The notes beneath the pieces are model-generated. The model was not told the DNA's origin, made no database searches, and saw nothing but the letters and a program-made list of their open reading frames with translations. A stretch of DNA of 64,000 nucleotides, taken from the NCBI GenBank assembly GCA_949358305.1, contig OX442314.1, forward strand, positions 20,398,001 through 20,462,000, read 5' to 3'. Both the position numbers and the translations under genes were made by a program. Below are positions 1 to 23,400 of this stretch, piece after piece (positions within the stretch are counted from its first letter, which is position 1; the number at the start of each line of letters is the position of its first letter). This DNA comes from Strigamia acuminata (taxonomy: Eukaryota).

Positions 1-7932
<7,932 letters not shown>

Positions 7933-8039
7933 TTCCTTCTCTCTTTCCCCTACCACCGCGAACTCGGCGAAAATGTACGGGTATCACGTTAAGACACGGT
8001 CATTGTGACATACATTTCACTATCACAAGATACAACTTA

Positions 8040-8210
8040 CTCCTCGGCTCGCACCCAACATACGCCATGTGTGAATTAGTTGCTACCCACGTGATGCGGA
8101 TACTCAAATGGGATTGGATGATGTTCGATGACGTATTTAAAAACGACATCAAAGCGCATCAAAGTGAAGTCAGAGGTCACGTACGCCAATGAGGCGCGAA
8201 TTTACCATTT
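8040..8210. promoter_or_regulatory. Probable DOT1L promoter region, possibly bidirectional
   Basis: CpG-containing patch just upstream of a likely 5' UTR exon donor (GTAAGT at 8035-8040 on -), with CACGTG, ATTGG/CCAAT and GGCGCGAA (E2F-like) motifs. Confidence 0.35.
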
Positions 8211-11200
8211 TAGTTTTATTTTATATTATTGATATTGATTTATTTTTTTGTTTCTTTTTAATCACGAAAATATTGAAATCGATTTTTTTTTAAATTTGGA
8301 AACAAAAGATTGAGAAAAATTTTTTTCCCCGGTATTTATTTGATTTGTAAAAAGAAACAGATGTGTAAAATAAAAGGTATTAATTATAACGGCCAAATAT
8401 GTCCACGAAAACAATTATTTAGACAGGAAAGAGACAGGTGGTAGGAGAAATAATGATTTCCGGTCTAGTCAGGTGGATGATTAATAAATATTATGTCTTG
8501 GAATAAAAGAATTTCATAATAATGGTGCAAGATAAAAATACTAAGAAAGTTAATGATGTATATTTTTCTGCCAAATCGAAGCAGATTTTTCCGAATTAAA
8601 AAAATAAATCAATAAATATTTTGCCGATATTAAAATTATTTTTTAAATTAAAATTTAGATTTTTCTCGACTCTCATAAGTCAGTTATAATAATACAGTAA
8701 AGGTAGGCTGACGCGGACGCAGACGAATGACGTTGTCGTTTACAATTGACGCAGATTTTGCTATATTTGTATAAAATAAAATCGATTTCTATTTAAACTT
8801 TGGAGGATTTAGAAAAATATTTTGTGCTACGGAGTTGTTCGTAGTGTTGGGATAAGTCAATAAATACGTTTTAAACCCTTTTAAGCGGCTTAGTGAGACA
8901 ATGACAAATTGAGAAGACGAAAAAAGTTTACTTATGAGCATGACTCAACTGCGTAAAGAATATACAGTATCCGTATCCGTAAATTATTTCCAGAAATAAA
9001 CTTCCTATTTCTGTGTAAAATCAGCAGTCAGACAGCGAGTTGATGACAGCATCATGTATGAATTATAACATTGCTTATAACGTAAGAGCGACGAAGGCGT
9101 GGCACCTAAAGAAATCCCAAGGCCCGGCCAATGATGATGTCATCAGTTCAATGGCTTTTGGCAGGACTCCCGTTAAAACTGAATTGTATCATCATTAAGT
9201 ATATGTGTAACTTTTATATGTACAGCAAAATAAGGTATGGAAAGAATTTTACGCAAACATTTAAAAAACAATCAATTTACGCACAAATTGCTAAGAAAAT
9301 TTGTTAAAAAGTTCTCCCGGAAAGTTAATCGAAGTAAAGTCCGTACCAACAAGCAAAAATAAAGCAATAATAAATAAAGCAATAAACGAAATGTAAGGTT
9401 TTTTTTTAATCTTAAATGTGCAACAGCAAAATACGGATGTTTTTAACGAAACCATCCATCATTCCACTCTATCAGCTGTTATGGAGAGATGACGGAAACT
9501 TTATTATTTGTTTCCAAAGCATTGAAAAACACAACTCAACTGCGTGGCAGTATTATGTTTATTTTCCCATCTTCCGTTATCTCACATGTATAAAACTAAG
9601 TTTATTATTAAAATACTATCTAAATAACAAGATAAAATAATGATGAACGATTCAATCTCAATCTAGTAGTGATTGAATATCTTTCGCACGAAACCGCAGT
9701 GTTTATTGTGTATTCTCTGTGAATCCAAGATTTGTGACTCTGGCGCTGGCCTAAAAAGAGAGCATGCGTGACGATTTCTATAGCCCCATCCCCCAGACTA
9801 GTGTAAAAAACTATCTTCCCTCAGCTTTTATACAGAGAATCTGGTGACACCGTTCTCATTCTTCTTCACCACATGGAGTCTGAAGATCTCCATCTATTGA
9901 TACTTAAAGTAGAGCGTGAACTCACGAATGAAATGATTCTCCGATACAATCTACACCTTAAATACGAGAAACGTCGATTTGACGGAATAAAAAATCGCCT
10001 CTCATGTGAAAATTCAGCTAAGACGGGCACAAACATAGTCAAATCGGCACCAGTTCATTGTAAATGTCGCCATTTACGTCTATAAAATGCTGCATCTGCT
10101 ACTTCTACACTTACCTTTGTCCCCTTAACTGTTAAAGAAACTTGTTGTTTATTAGAGAATCATTTACTTGTAATTTTTATTGCAAAAAAAAAAAATGTAT
10201 AGAAAAAATATAAAAGATGTATGTATGGAAGTTTAATTTAAAATAAAAATAATTGTTTGTCTTTCTGAAGAAATTCTTTATTGCTTACATGGACATCATA
10301 ATTTAACAGGTGCTAAATTTTTTTTTTTTAATTTTACTTAAATCTTTTTTTTTGTTGTTTAATTTTTGTTTTAGTTTGAACCACTCGTTTTTGGCCTACA
10401 CAAAACTACTGAGAGAAATTTGACTAGATAATCAAATGGTTTTCATTTGGCTGTTTACATATTTACAAGTGTTCTTTCTTTTGAAATTTGTAAAAACATG
10501 AAAAGCGAAAATAATGTCCGAGATTCAAAGTTTTCAAATGGAAAAACAAAAAATGTTTAAAAATTAATCCTAAAAAAAAGGGGGGACAATCTTTCAATTT
10601 GGAATGGATTAAAAGACTGTCCAACACTTTTTTTTCTTTTTAACTTTTCGTCGAAATAAAATTAAAAAAAAAAAATCGAGTCTTTGGCAAATTTAAAGAA
10701 CATATATGGCAATTGAATGAAGCAACTGTTTTTTTCTTTTCTTAAATTTAAATAACAAACATGAAATTGTGAACAGTTACGAGAAAGACAAAAGTGATGA
10801 GTGATTACAACAAATTCCATTAATATCTTATCCTTGTTTTAAAACAATTTTTTTTTTAAACCTAATTCAATTTCTTAAATTAAAAATAATAATACTATTC
10901 AAAATATGGCATCAAAAGGAACATAAGTTGACATTAGTTTAGCAAATTAAAACAAAAAAAAATCTCACGGAAGACAAGACTTTAACATTAAATACAGAAA
11001 GTTAAGTAGAATTACCGAAATTTTTTTTGTTTAAAAAAACATTTAAAATAAAAAAAAATTGCAGATCCATAATACAAAATACAAAAAATAAAATGAAATA
11101 AAAGTGAAAGTTATTATTTTTTTTTTTACCTAAAATGTTTTAAAACAAAAATGTATATTTTTATACTTCAATAAATGTATCACGATTTGTAGAAACTTGC

Positions 11201-14200
11201 GCTGATGGGAACAAACATCACAAACCTGCCACAAAAATTCTAAAACGAGTGGAATGTGAATTACAGAGACACTTTTTTCATCATCAAAATGGATATTTGT
11301 GGGAGGTGTGTTATAATCAAATACAATGTGCAATTTGCACTTTGTATCAAATCAAACGTTTAAACATTGAAAAACTAATCTACAATAGTTATAATATAAA
11401 GTTACACAGACGTTCTTTGGTTTTTTTTTTGTTTTTCTTATTTTTTTTGTTTCTGTTGCGGTTGCAGCTACTACACTCATAAAATAGATTATGTAAACGT
11501 ACACGCACAAATACATTCTACTCACATAAAAAACTAAAACAATTTTTTTTTCCATTTAATTTACAAAATAAATCATTCGAAATTATAAAAAAAAAAATTA
11601 TTTCAATTTAATAGTTAAATATACTAAAAGCAATTTGAATTTTTTCTTCTTTTCTTTTTTAAATATACCCAGTGATTTGGCAGGTGTGATTTTGTGCCTA
11701 CAACACAAAAGATGAAAAGTTACTCGATTTAATCCGAGAAATCACCCATAATATTAATAATAACATTATTTGTTCTGAATTTCAATTTTTTTTTTCGTAT
11801 TTTCTTTTATAATTATAAAACTACAAATTGCAAGTTAAATAATACTTTTAAATTTAAAGGAATAAAAAAACAAAGAATAAAATGCATTGCAAATTGTACA
11901 TTTGCACATTATTTTGATAAAATTATCACATATAATTTTTTTTTTTTCAATTAATAACAAATTGGTGAACACAATACCTGGGTTATGTTACAAGCAGTAC
12001 AATGTAAAAACATAGAAAAAACTTAATAAAAGCATAATTTTGTATATTTTGTTTCATTTAAACCCTAAAAAGTCACAGTACAGAAACCCTCGCATAAACT
12101 TTCTTAGTTTTACTCTTATCCAAAATTTCAATCAATTTGTCACTCAGTGTAAAAAAACATTCATAAATAGATAACAAATTCGGAAAAAAAGTAAAACTAA
12201 AAAATATTTAGATTTTATTAAAAAAAATAAACAAAATAAATAAAATAAATATTTAATTTTGTTTACATTTTCTTTTATTTAAATAGGATTTCGTATACTA
12301 CGAGGAACTAAAAAAATTAGTTAAAAGTAATTTTTTTTGGTGAAGGTTTTAAAATCTACAATTTTCTTCTCCTTTTCACACTACAATTAAAGTGGCAGAG
12401 GAAATGCAAGTTTAGCTGAGTTTGAGAGTTAAATATTCGTTGAACTTGTTTTTTTTTTAGAAAAATTTTAATTTAGTAATAATTCTGAATCTAATTTAAG
12501 TTTTAAATATACGTAACTAGCGGAAAGTATTTATTTCTTATTACCCCAAAAATTGTAGATTTTTGAAATTTTTTTTTTTGTGTGCTATGTGCATAAGAGT
12601 GTGAAATAGCTAAATATTTATCCACCTGCCTATAAAGTTAAGTTTAAAAAAACCTAAAATTTCAATTAAATTTAAAAGAAAACACTTAAATTAAAAATAC
12701 ATTCGAATTTTCAAGGGCTTTTATTTTTAATTTTATTTTTAATTGCATTTTCTTCTAAATTTGTTCAATTTCGAATCGTTCTAAATTTATTCATTCACAT
12801 TTTTTTTTATATTTAAATCTGTGATTTTGAAAACATGATCATCTAAACAAGATAAAAAATGAGCAAAAAAAATCTAATTTTTCTTTGCACCATCTGCATC
12901 TAAATAGATTGCACGAGCAAACATGATTCAAGAATAACAGTTTAAAGATTTTTCTCTTTTTTTGTTTTTCTTATTTCTTAATTTAAATCCTAGTTCCTTT
13001 AATCAAGATCTTTTTTCTTTTTTTTTTATCGTCTAATTTTTCCCGTTTTCATCTAAAAAGACATTTTTCGTCAATTTTTTGTCGTTAAATATATACACAG
13101 GGCAGAGAAAGAGATAGAGAGATTAAAATCTAAGCATGTTAGAATACATTTTCTTATCTAAATCCCAAAAAAGTCACAAAAATTTCCCAATTTTCCAACA
13201 CAATCCATCAATTCACCTTCTCACTATTATTCAAACATTCATCGCTTTTTACGATATTACGAGACTCGTTCTAATTGAACCCTACTAAAAAGAAAAAGAA
13301 AAAAAGAAAAAAAGAAAAAAGAAAAGAGAAAAACAGATTTCTTCTCTTTAATTTTTGCTTTTGTTCTTTTTATAATTATTTATGAGCATCTATTAGGAAT
13401 TTTTAAGGCAATCTAAAAACTCCTCTGTATGTATATAAGCTCCCTACGCCATTTGCACGGCTTCTACTCGAAAAAATGTATTTCGTAACTTTTCTGTAAG
13501 TTAGATGTTATCGCTACAAATCACTAAAAGTACGTGCACATGGCAACTAAGGCTTAAGGCCCAAGTTTAATTTTTCATCGGTTGAGAAAAACTGGATTAA
13601 ATTCCCAAACTAACAAAGTGATTGCCTTAATTATGCTACCAAGTTTCACAGTATAATTTTTATTATTCGTTTTTTTTTTGTTGTTTTTTAAACCAACTTC
13701 AGTTTTAGCTTTACGGCCGTTTCGTTTGTAAATCTTGGTACTTTATTCTATTTGTTATTGGTATTGACTTTCATTAGTTTTTTGTTAAATATTTGTTTTT
13801 AGTAGGAAGGGATAGTTATCATTTGTTGACACCACACTGAGTTGTTGTACCTGTTTTGGGAGCAGGGTTAAAATGGAGATTAATGAGTACGATGAGAAAA
13901 GTGAAACAGCCAAAAATTATGTACACAAGCTAAAGAGTTTGTAGTTTGTTTAAATATAGATTAATTAATTAGCGAAGCAATTATGTTAATTTTAATTAAA
14001 CAAATTTTCTTTAAATAATATTTTTAAAAAAAATTCATTAATTAATAATTCGAAATTAAATGGTAATTTTGAAATTAAAACCACTCCTAGCTGCCTTCGT
14101 AAAACATTTTCTCTGAGAATGTTGACGAAAAACCAAACAAAAAAAAATCAATCAAAAATATATGTTAAAAACTTATTTCTTACTACAAGCAAATCAATCA

Positions 14201-14467
14201 GATACAAATTGGATTTTCATCTTTTAAAAAAAGGTACTAAACAAACAAATATTTACAAAAAAGTAAACTGACATGAAACACGAATACCAAGTTACGATAA
14301 TGTATGTATAACATATATGCCTCAATGGTATGTACATTTAATTGTCTTACGGAATTAATTATTTTTGTTTTTTAAAAAAAAATAACATTTAAAAAAAAAA
14401 CAAAAAAAAATAATAAAAAAACAACTAAAATTGAAAGCCTCTCCATCCCCCGTTTTCAAATCTTTTT

Positions 14468-17400
14468 TTAAGAGAACATCTTTTCTTCCATAGGTTTTGC
14501 GATCCAAGTACCACGGCCCTTGGCTCGAAATCTTTCCAACAGAACCTTCTTCGCTTTTTGGAATTCGCAGGCAGCGGATTTTACTAAGTAGTAATTGGAA
14601 TATGCCATTAAGTCGTCGCGTTGATGCTTTATGCACGCCTCTTTAAAACTTGCAAACAAAGCCGATTTGCACACTTGTGATTGTGATTTTTGTTCAACTC
14701 TGTTAAAGAAAAAGAAAAAATTTAGTTGAAACAGCATAATATTAAAGGTAAAAATTGTTGTTGTTACTAATTCGGTGCGTTAACCTCTTAAAAAATACGA
14801 TATTTTTTCTCATACAACAAATATTGGAATTCTTCCAACACGCAATAAATATTTACCGGTACTTAATGTCATTATTTTCAGAGAAAGTCAATATTTTTAA
14901 AATTTATTTTAATAAAATAACAAAATACCTGAAATATAATCAGAATTAAAACCACAGTTCGTTAACCTTTAAAAATCGAATATTTTTTTTGACAGACAAT
15001 AAAATATTCGATTTTTCATTTCAAAATGTCGGTAAATATTTACTTACTGGTGTGTCATTTTTTTGCAAAAACATGATGTAAATTAAATCCAACAAGCATT
15101 TTAATGAATATTACGATCTAAATAGCAATAAAAGATTCGATTTTAACATCACCATGACATCAAATTAAAATATTATTCCAATGGCTCCTTTTTATAATTA
15201 AAAAATTCTAACATTAATAAAAATCAATTCCAAAAAAATTTTTTTGTTGGAATTTAATACTCAAATATTTGTCTCACTTATTAAAAAGCTTCAAATTTCA
15301 GCTTATGAGCAGCAAAACACTCAAACAACCAATTTTTTAAAAATCCTTATGCTTATACCATGTTCACACCAACGGATCGAGTTTGGCTGGATCTGATCCG
15401 CCCGATCAGATCCAACTGAACAGAGTTCCAACATTGACTTGGATGGAGTTGTGTTCACACCAAAATGTGATTCAATCAAACCAAACCGGGTTTTAGTAGC
15501 AACAGGTTTTAGAAACACCTCACTACAATGGCTGCCATTTTATTATCGAATAATGCGCAACAATGGAATGCTACAGACTGCTGACATTATTTAATGAATT
15601 CCAATCCGAATCCAATCGTCGAATCGAGTTGTGGGAACTCGATTGACGAACTCAGTTGTTGGGCATATGGATCTGGATCCGTGAACGGAGTTCAGTGTTC
15701 ACACCAATCTTGGATCTAGATCCGCAGCTTCGGATGAGATCCAAAAGCTTGGCGTGAACATGGTATTATACGAGAGTTTGAACGCTCTTTAAAGAAATCA
15801 AAAATTTCTTATTGAAGGTTTGAATCTGATACCTTGATCATACCCTCGCGATCCCACTTGTTCTAGTTTTATAAAACTCGCAACAAAAGAAGTGACTTCT
15901 TTACCTGGATGTCACAACTCTAAAACATGCCCACCCATTATCTAGTCACGTGTCAAGTACAGGTAGTTAACCTAACCTACACGATCGACCATTTTTTGGC
16001 AAGGTGCATTAGTCACTCCTTATCAAATACGACACTATTGTCTACAAAACTAATCCATAAGTATGAATGATCTGAAACAAGCTTTTATAAATAATAATTT
16101 ATAAAAGTAGTTTAATGTTAACTAGGCATGAGAGACGTCCCTAAAAATTATGTAATGATAACGTGTTCTTAACTACAACATCCAACAAATGTTTTGAATT
16201 TGCTTTAGCTTTGCCATAAAATATTAGAGATGTAATTAATTATTTCTTTAGTTTACCTCATGACGCACTGTCCCTTGGTACCATCAGTCATTTCTAAACG
16301 CTGGTCTCCTAGACACCAGCTGAGGCTGTGTGGCTTTGTCTTTTCCGTTTCCCTGGGAGGGTCGTAGATGCTCACGCGTCCCAGTTGCGGATGGTTAAGA
16401 CGATAACCCGGTGGTAACAGGGTATCGAGTTCTGGCTCTCCGCTCAAACGACAGCACACAGCACGCGACAGGTGACCGTGATCATAGAGGTAACCTTCAA
16501 ATAGAAGTAAGAACAATGAAAGACTATAAATCAGAGAATTAATTACTACCTAGCGTAATTGAAGTGAGGTATATGGGATCCACAAAGTGTGACAAGAGGG
16601 CTCCTTGCAAGCCGAGCACGTTCCAGCGCGCTATTTTATCGCTACATGACATTGTTCGAAGTCGCTGGTCACCCCGCATTATTCCATCCCAAGTCTGGGT
16701 CGTGAAATCGGGTTCAATTGGAATTGTGCCTTCACCTAAATTTGTATAACGAGACATTTTTAAAATCAGATATCACGTATTCGGATTAGAATTTCTCGGA
16801 AAACCGTAAAAAAAAATGCACTTGACTTACCTTTAGATCCAAAAAAAAAAATAATAATTAAAAACTCGTACGGTTAAAAATATTTTATAATATTTATTTA
16901 GTCAAACCCCATTGCTGTACGTACCGCCTTCCATTTTTGTTCGCAATAAACCTTGAAGATCAGTGGAAAACGTTGGATGATGATCATCAATATCGTCGCC
17001 TGAGTTTTCAGACACTCTAGTGTCTCTATTTACGAAATAAAAATATAACATTAACACAAACCAAGTTCTTCATAAAAATCAAACGCTACGTTTTTGAAAA
17101 AAGAGCTCCGTCTCCACATGGAGCTGTAGATATGTATAAGTGGAATGTGACGTCAGGCTTCACACGAAATTTCCTGTTTTCACTCGGTTCGAAAATTGTC
17201 CTACTACTCTCGTTTTCATCGTATTCGATCAGCTGCTTGTAAAGAAATCTATTTTCATGCAGAAACAAAAACAAAAACGTCATTTATAACAGATACTCGC
17301 TTGATAATCACAAACTATTACCGTAAGAAACCTCTCCTAGTTACAATCTCAGCATGGGAATCGTTGACCACAAGCCCCTCTTGGCTGAGTCTCTCTCCCG

Positions 17401-20400
17401 AGATGCATCTGTTGCCTGTTCCCATGCTGATGACAGTTCCCGCCTCATCACCCTGCTTCATCACCATGGCCGCGAGTACCTTACGACCGGCCAACATGGG
17501 CTCGGGGATGCTTACGACCTTCTCGTTGTAAGCCTGGTGGCTAAGAGCAGCCACCAAGTCAAACATGGTGGTGGTGGGGGTCACGTCGGAGGGACGTGTC
17601 TACAATGATTAATCAAATACATCATTAATACACACTTGTCGTTAGAAAGAACTTTGCAATTTGAAAATAAGTCTCGACTCTCGAGCCAAGTCTGTGTAAT
17701 CGAAACAGACAGAAAGGCCCAACGTAGATTTGCATTTGCATTTCATTCATTTCTTAATTAGAAATTACGGCGAAAAAAATTAGATTGCTAAAAGCTTTCA
17801 GTCATATATTGAAGATCTTCTTTCGTCTGAATAGCTTACCATTTACCAATTACTAATTACCACGATTCCTTAACAAACTGAAGATGATCTTCAATAAACG
17901 ATGGAAAAACTTTAAACAGAAAAATTAAAAGCATTTTGTCTTTACCATAATTTCTATTCATTAATTCAGAAAACAAAGTGCAATTTCTCGAGAAGAGATT
18001 TCGGTCTGAAAACCGCAAAATGATGTTCTCGAAGCATAAATTAAAACATTTTGCAAAGCCCTTATAATTAAAGTTACACAAACATACAGCATTCTTAGTC
18101 TGTACAGGCAGCTGGTAGGCTCCCTGAGCATTAAGCATTCGTATGGCAACGTCTGCTGCTTTCCTCTTGGCCTCCTTCTTCGTCTTATCCCAGACAGGAG
18201 GGAAGGCCTGCGTACCTAGGAATGCAGCAGCTTGAAACCTAGAATAGAAAATACAAAAATTAATTAAGAAGAAATTTGTTTACGTTATTCTAATGGTGTC
18301 CACTTTAATAGAACACGTTCAGATAAATCTCTAAGTTTAATGATGCACCACTCATTTAGCATGAATTAGTCACTGCAACGTGTAACCTAATTTTTATTCA
18401 CGTCAATTTAAAGAGGCAATTCGTTCTAAACCTTTCTGCCGCTACACAGCAGTTTAATACATCATTCTGTGCAATTCAGGTAGACTATAAATTAAAATCA
18501 AAATTAATTAAGTGTGATTATAATTTTTAGTCAACGGGATGATTCAAATGGTAAACCAATAAAAATTGACGAGTGAACCGCCTGCAGATTGCACGGAAGA
18601 GAGGTGAAATGTACTGATATTTGAGTTTCATTTCATTTGTTTTTAATTACTAAAATTGTAAACGAAAATCAGAGAAGAAAAGAAGTCGGATTTTACTTTT
18701 TGTTAAATTAAAGCAAAATGGAAATAATACCCGACCAGATGGTCAATCAGTTTTGTGGATCAAATGGCTGCATTTATTTGTCGACCAGATGACTGTCAAC
18801 CAGATGGTCATTCAGTTTCGTTGTGAAAAAAAAACAAAAAACAATTGCATTCATTTGTTGACCAGATGGACTGACTGTCATCACCAAAATGTTTCCTTTC
18901 AATTTTTAAAAAAAAATCCAATAAATAATAATTGATTAAGCTCATTTAACTCCATAACAAAACATTTAATTTCATATTTTGCCAGCTGACGATTTAAATT
19001 TTCATTTTATTTTGTCAAGTATAGACCATCAAGAAAGCTTAATTCATACACCAATCCGCCATGTTTCTTTAACGAAAATAGCATGTAACAATTAGATTAT
19101 CACTTCTTGACATTCCAAGAACATTAAGCCAATAACAGTGGACACTTGACGACTTTTGAAGTGCAATTCGATTGCTTTTAACTCAAGGGTCATTCTATTT
19201 TTACGTCAATTTGTCTTCTTCCATCTTTGTTCAAACAAAATAAAGAAGAAAAAAAAACTTCCAAGAAAATGTTTCTCAAACATGTTGGTTGTAAAGATCA
19301 AAATAAGAACAATCTAATTTAAGACGAACAAATTTACGTGAGTGCTATGATATCCAATGCCATTGTAACCCAGCAAAATCTGTCATGTTGGCGTCACAGC
19401 ATTAAAAATACCTCTTTTACATTAAAATAGTAACAAGAACCCATTAGTATGTTTCACAAAATAAACCTGTAATAATATTTAACCCAATATATATCTTTTT
19501 AAGCACGTACAATGCATATTTTTAATCACAACTCGTCTTCTTTTGTCTTAACCTTATCTATAGTCCTTTCTCGTTACATTACTATTGATTTCCATCCCAA
19601 AAAAAACCTCTGGCTGATCTTATCTAACCATGCGAGTGATTTATGATTCAATTATATTGTATGTTCAAATATGTCAAAAAAGAATTTCAATAGTACCATT
19701 GCACACGTCTACTCTTTGTAGCAAAATAAAAATACTACTACTAATAACGCTAAAAGGAAAAGAATTACAGCTTTTAATTACAAACTAGTGAATTTCTTTT
19801 CAAACCATCCGATTGCAATGCAATTCTCACCCTCAAAACATTCAATTTCTAACTACAGTGGCCAAAACTTGTCGAGAGATTAACCGGATTAGAATTCAGC
19901 TTTAATCTAAGTTCACACCAAGCCGTATAGCATATAACTCATCCTCTTTGAGTCGTCGTTTCGTGTATATAGAAATATATTTCTTTTCAGCTCTAGTCAT
20001 TCGGCACGTTTGACCATTGCTGCCGCCGTTGCGCCATCTCATCGCACAAGTCAGGCAGTAAAAGTAAAGTCTGATCTCCATACGAATGTGGTAATCAAGC
20101 GCTCAAATGAATTACACCTTTCATAACATTTTACGTCTCCGGTTTTCTTTCTCCACCCAGACCCGAGGAAAAAAATAAATAAACCCGACCCAAAAAAAAA
20201 AAAAAAGAAAAAAAAAAGCCTTCGTTTCTTTCCCCTTGAGCTAAAACATTTTCATTAACACAAATTTCACATTGCATTATTGCAGGAACTGCCTAACACG
20301 TGTGGTTACATCAATTCAAGCAGTAGCAACAAAGTGAAACAGTCAATCACAAAACGAGGCCCCCAGATGGCGCCACACGTTATTCCGTTGTAATCAGCCA

Positions 20401-23400
20401 TTCCGCCATCTTGTTCGGACTCAATTCAATTCAATAATGATAAAATAACAAAACAGGTCTGTTGAATTTGTTTCGTAACCTATTTTTTTTGCTTTCCGAT
20501 GACATAATCTTGAGTTTTATTTAGATCCAGTGAGCGTTTTACTCGTTGGTGGGTCCCACAGAGTTCACCTTGGCTAATGGCCTAAACTAATAGAAGATTT
20601 GAACCACCTCGCCAGATCATTAAAACAAAACTTTTGTAGCTCTTTGTAGTTTAGACCTGAGAATTTTCACATAACTACAGCCTGCGCCCTGAATCTTGAT
20701 ACCACATTCAAACTGCGCATTCCTTTCCGCACACACAATTATGACACATGTAACTGCAACAATGAAAAATGGCGTGTTGCTCCCAAGAAACCAGTGTAAT
20801 TACAACGTTGTTGGCTTTAAAATAATCCACTATTCGTCGCCCTTGTGTGTGGGCAGAATGGAATGCGTAGTTGGAAGTTGGCTTCAAGATTTCCTTAATT
20901 GTTTCTCATTCGCAGCACCCAGACGTTGCCCAAGCTGTGCAAAAAGTACCCGAAGTTTATTCATTTCGAATGAGCCTATATCTAAATGGATATTAACATT
21001 TCCATATAAAAATGACCTCTTAAATGGCCTCTACCAGTCGTAAAACTTACGATGAAAGCTTACTGTCTATACTCCTTAAATATTTCACTTTTCACGCTTC
21101 ATTTTGCATTTTAACGGCTTCATTCCCAAACCACATATTGCCATTTTATTACCGCCATAATTAATGAGCCATTCTATGTCAATTGAAACGAACAACTAGA
21201 AATTCTGCTTTTCTTTGTTTCATTTGAAACCTTAATCAAACATCATAAAAATGAAAGAAAATCATCCGTTCATCAACCCGAGGCTAGATTCAACATTAAG
21301 AACATAATTTTTATATTCTTTCAAACCGATTTCCATTCCCTCGCAGTCGCAGACTCCGCAGTCCATCTCTCCAAGCTTGTCACTTCAATTTTTATCGATG
21401 CCACTAGCTGTGAATAAGCATTGCCATTCGAGTGCGAATGCAAATTTCACCAGCATATTAAATGTTTGATACTCGATTAAACCTGAATTTTCCATCTCCC
21501 GTGTAAAAAAAAATCAATAAAACATCAAGTGCAGTTCACTTGGAAACATTACATTGCGAGCTATCTATTACAAATAAAATGAAATTCACATTACTTTCCA
21601 AGCGAACCACGAACCGAGCCAAACAAATAAAATAAACTAGCAAAAAAAGGTAGCCTCTAACCCTCTAAATCTCACCAAATTGCGTTACCTTTATGACGTC
21701 ATTGATCCCAAAAAAATGATTATTATTTTTTTAAAAATCCTTTCAACTCCACATCCTAACACGGAAGATTGTGTGTAGGATGCTAAGGATTACGTAACTA
21801 TGACATCACCTCGTTCGCAGTTGCAGGCTCGAGATTTCAATCTGTCTAATCAATAATTTAACATGGCTAACTCAGATTCAAGTATTGATTACTGAAAAAT
21901 GCGCATCCAAAACGATGCAAATGATGCATCATCACCACTTCACCAGCAACAAAACCATCCACCCGGCGATAAAATGGAGAAATAGCCGTTTATTTAAATA
22001 GAGCTTTAAATTGAGATTTATACTTTTAAATTTTGTATTCTTAACCTTTAGTTACGTCTTAGTTTCGTCCGCAATCTTCATTAAACGAAACATTAACGAG
22101 TCAATTGACCAGGGCTAAACAACTGCACAAAACAACCGCGGAAGACCTTAAATTTAACCTCCGATGCCTTTAGCCCTTTGTTATATCCATAAACAGATCG
22201 CTGGAGTAACATTTGACAAGATTGGGCCCTTTTTTAACCACAACCAGTGTCTTCTTTCAGACTGATGCAAAAAATAGTGATTTTTATAGGAGAACAAAAT
22301 GCATTAAGAATTTGATGTATTTCGGTGAATCGGGATTAAAAGTCTACATTTATTAATATTTTATTTTATTTATTAGTTTTCTCTTGCTTTCTTGCTTTAA
22401 GGTTAACATGTTCTGTAATTACGAAAATTATATTTGTTTGCAAACACAAAGAAAATGCACTTAGCAAACCAAATATAACGCGATGTACAGCTCCCGGACA
22501 AAAGTCCTGCAACAGAGCAATTTTTTCACTTACTTTGCACTTTGATGGCATCTAGCATAAAAACCATGACAGCTAGAGCAATAACGCTTTAAAAATTGAA
22601 AAGCCCTTTCTTTTTAGACTAGAATTGTTTTATAACATCAGCTGAAAACATCTTTATTCAGTACGAAATAAACAAAAATAAAAATTACACTAGAGACAAA
22701 AGTCTTGCAACACAACAAAATTGGTACAAAAGTCCTGCAACTTTCTTCTCAGTACTTCGTGGCTCCACCTCTAGCTTTCAAAACTGCTGTAATCCTTCTA
22801 GGGATGGATACTATTAAGTCATCACATTCTTTTGGGGTAATGTGATTCCAGATCTGATTCACAGTTTCTTCTAACTCGGTTAAGGTCATCGGTCCTACTT
22901 CTTGTAGTCGCTTTTTTACTTTAGCCCAAATATTTTCTATAGGATTAAGGTCCGGTGAGTTTCCTGGCCAGTCCAACACATCAATTCCCATACTTTCGAA
23001 GTAGAATGTAGTCTTCTTCGCCCTATGAGCAGGTGCACCATCTTGTTGGTAGATGTAACTGCCCTCCGGAAAATAGTGTTTGGCGGTTGGAATGAGGCAA
23101 TTATCCAAAACATTGATGTAAACCTCTGCATTAATGCTTTGTTTCACAGTTTCTAAGCTACCAAGTCCGTTTGCTGTCATGGTTCCATAAACCATTATCC
23201 CAGGTGCAAATTTGACAGTCTTTGAAATGCAATGGGGATGGAATTCTTCTCCTTTTTTTCTTAAAACTGTAGTTTTCCCATCTTTAAACAAACAAAATCG
23301 CGACTCATCGCTGAAGATAACTTGTCTCCACTGTTCAACAGTCCAATCTTTATGTTTATGGCACCATAAAACACGTTTTTTTTGCATTGCACGTGTGAGA

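Noticed and set aside
9131..9186. C/D box snoRNA candidate (ATGATGA...CTGA)
   Set aside because: It is only about 52 nt, no recognisable rRNA guide is seen, and the C box is buried in a longer hairpin.
9873..10085. 70-aa + ORF MESEDLHLL...
   Set aside because: No recognisable homology or exon chain; the composition is explained by stem-loop structure.
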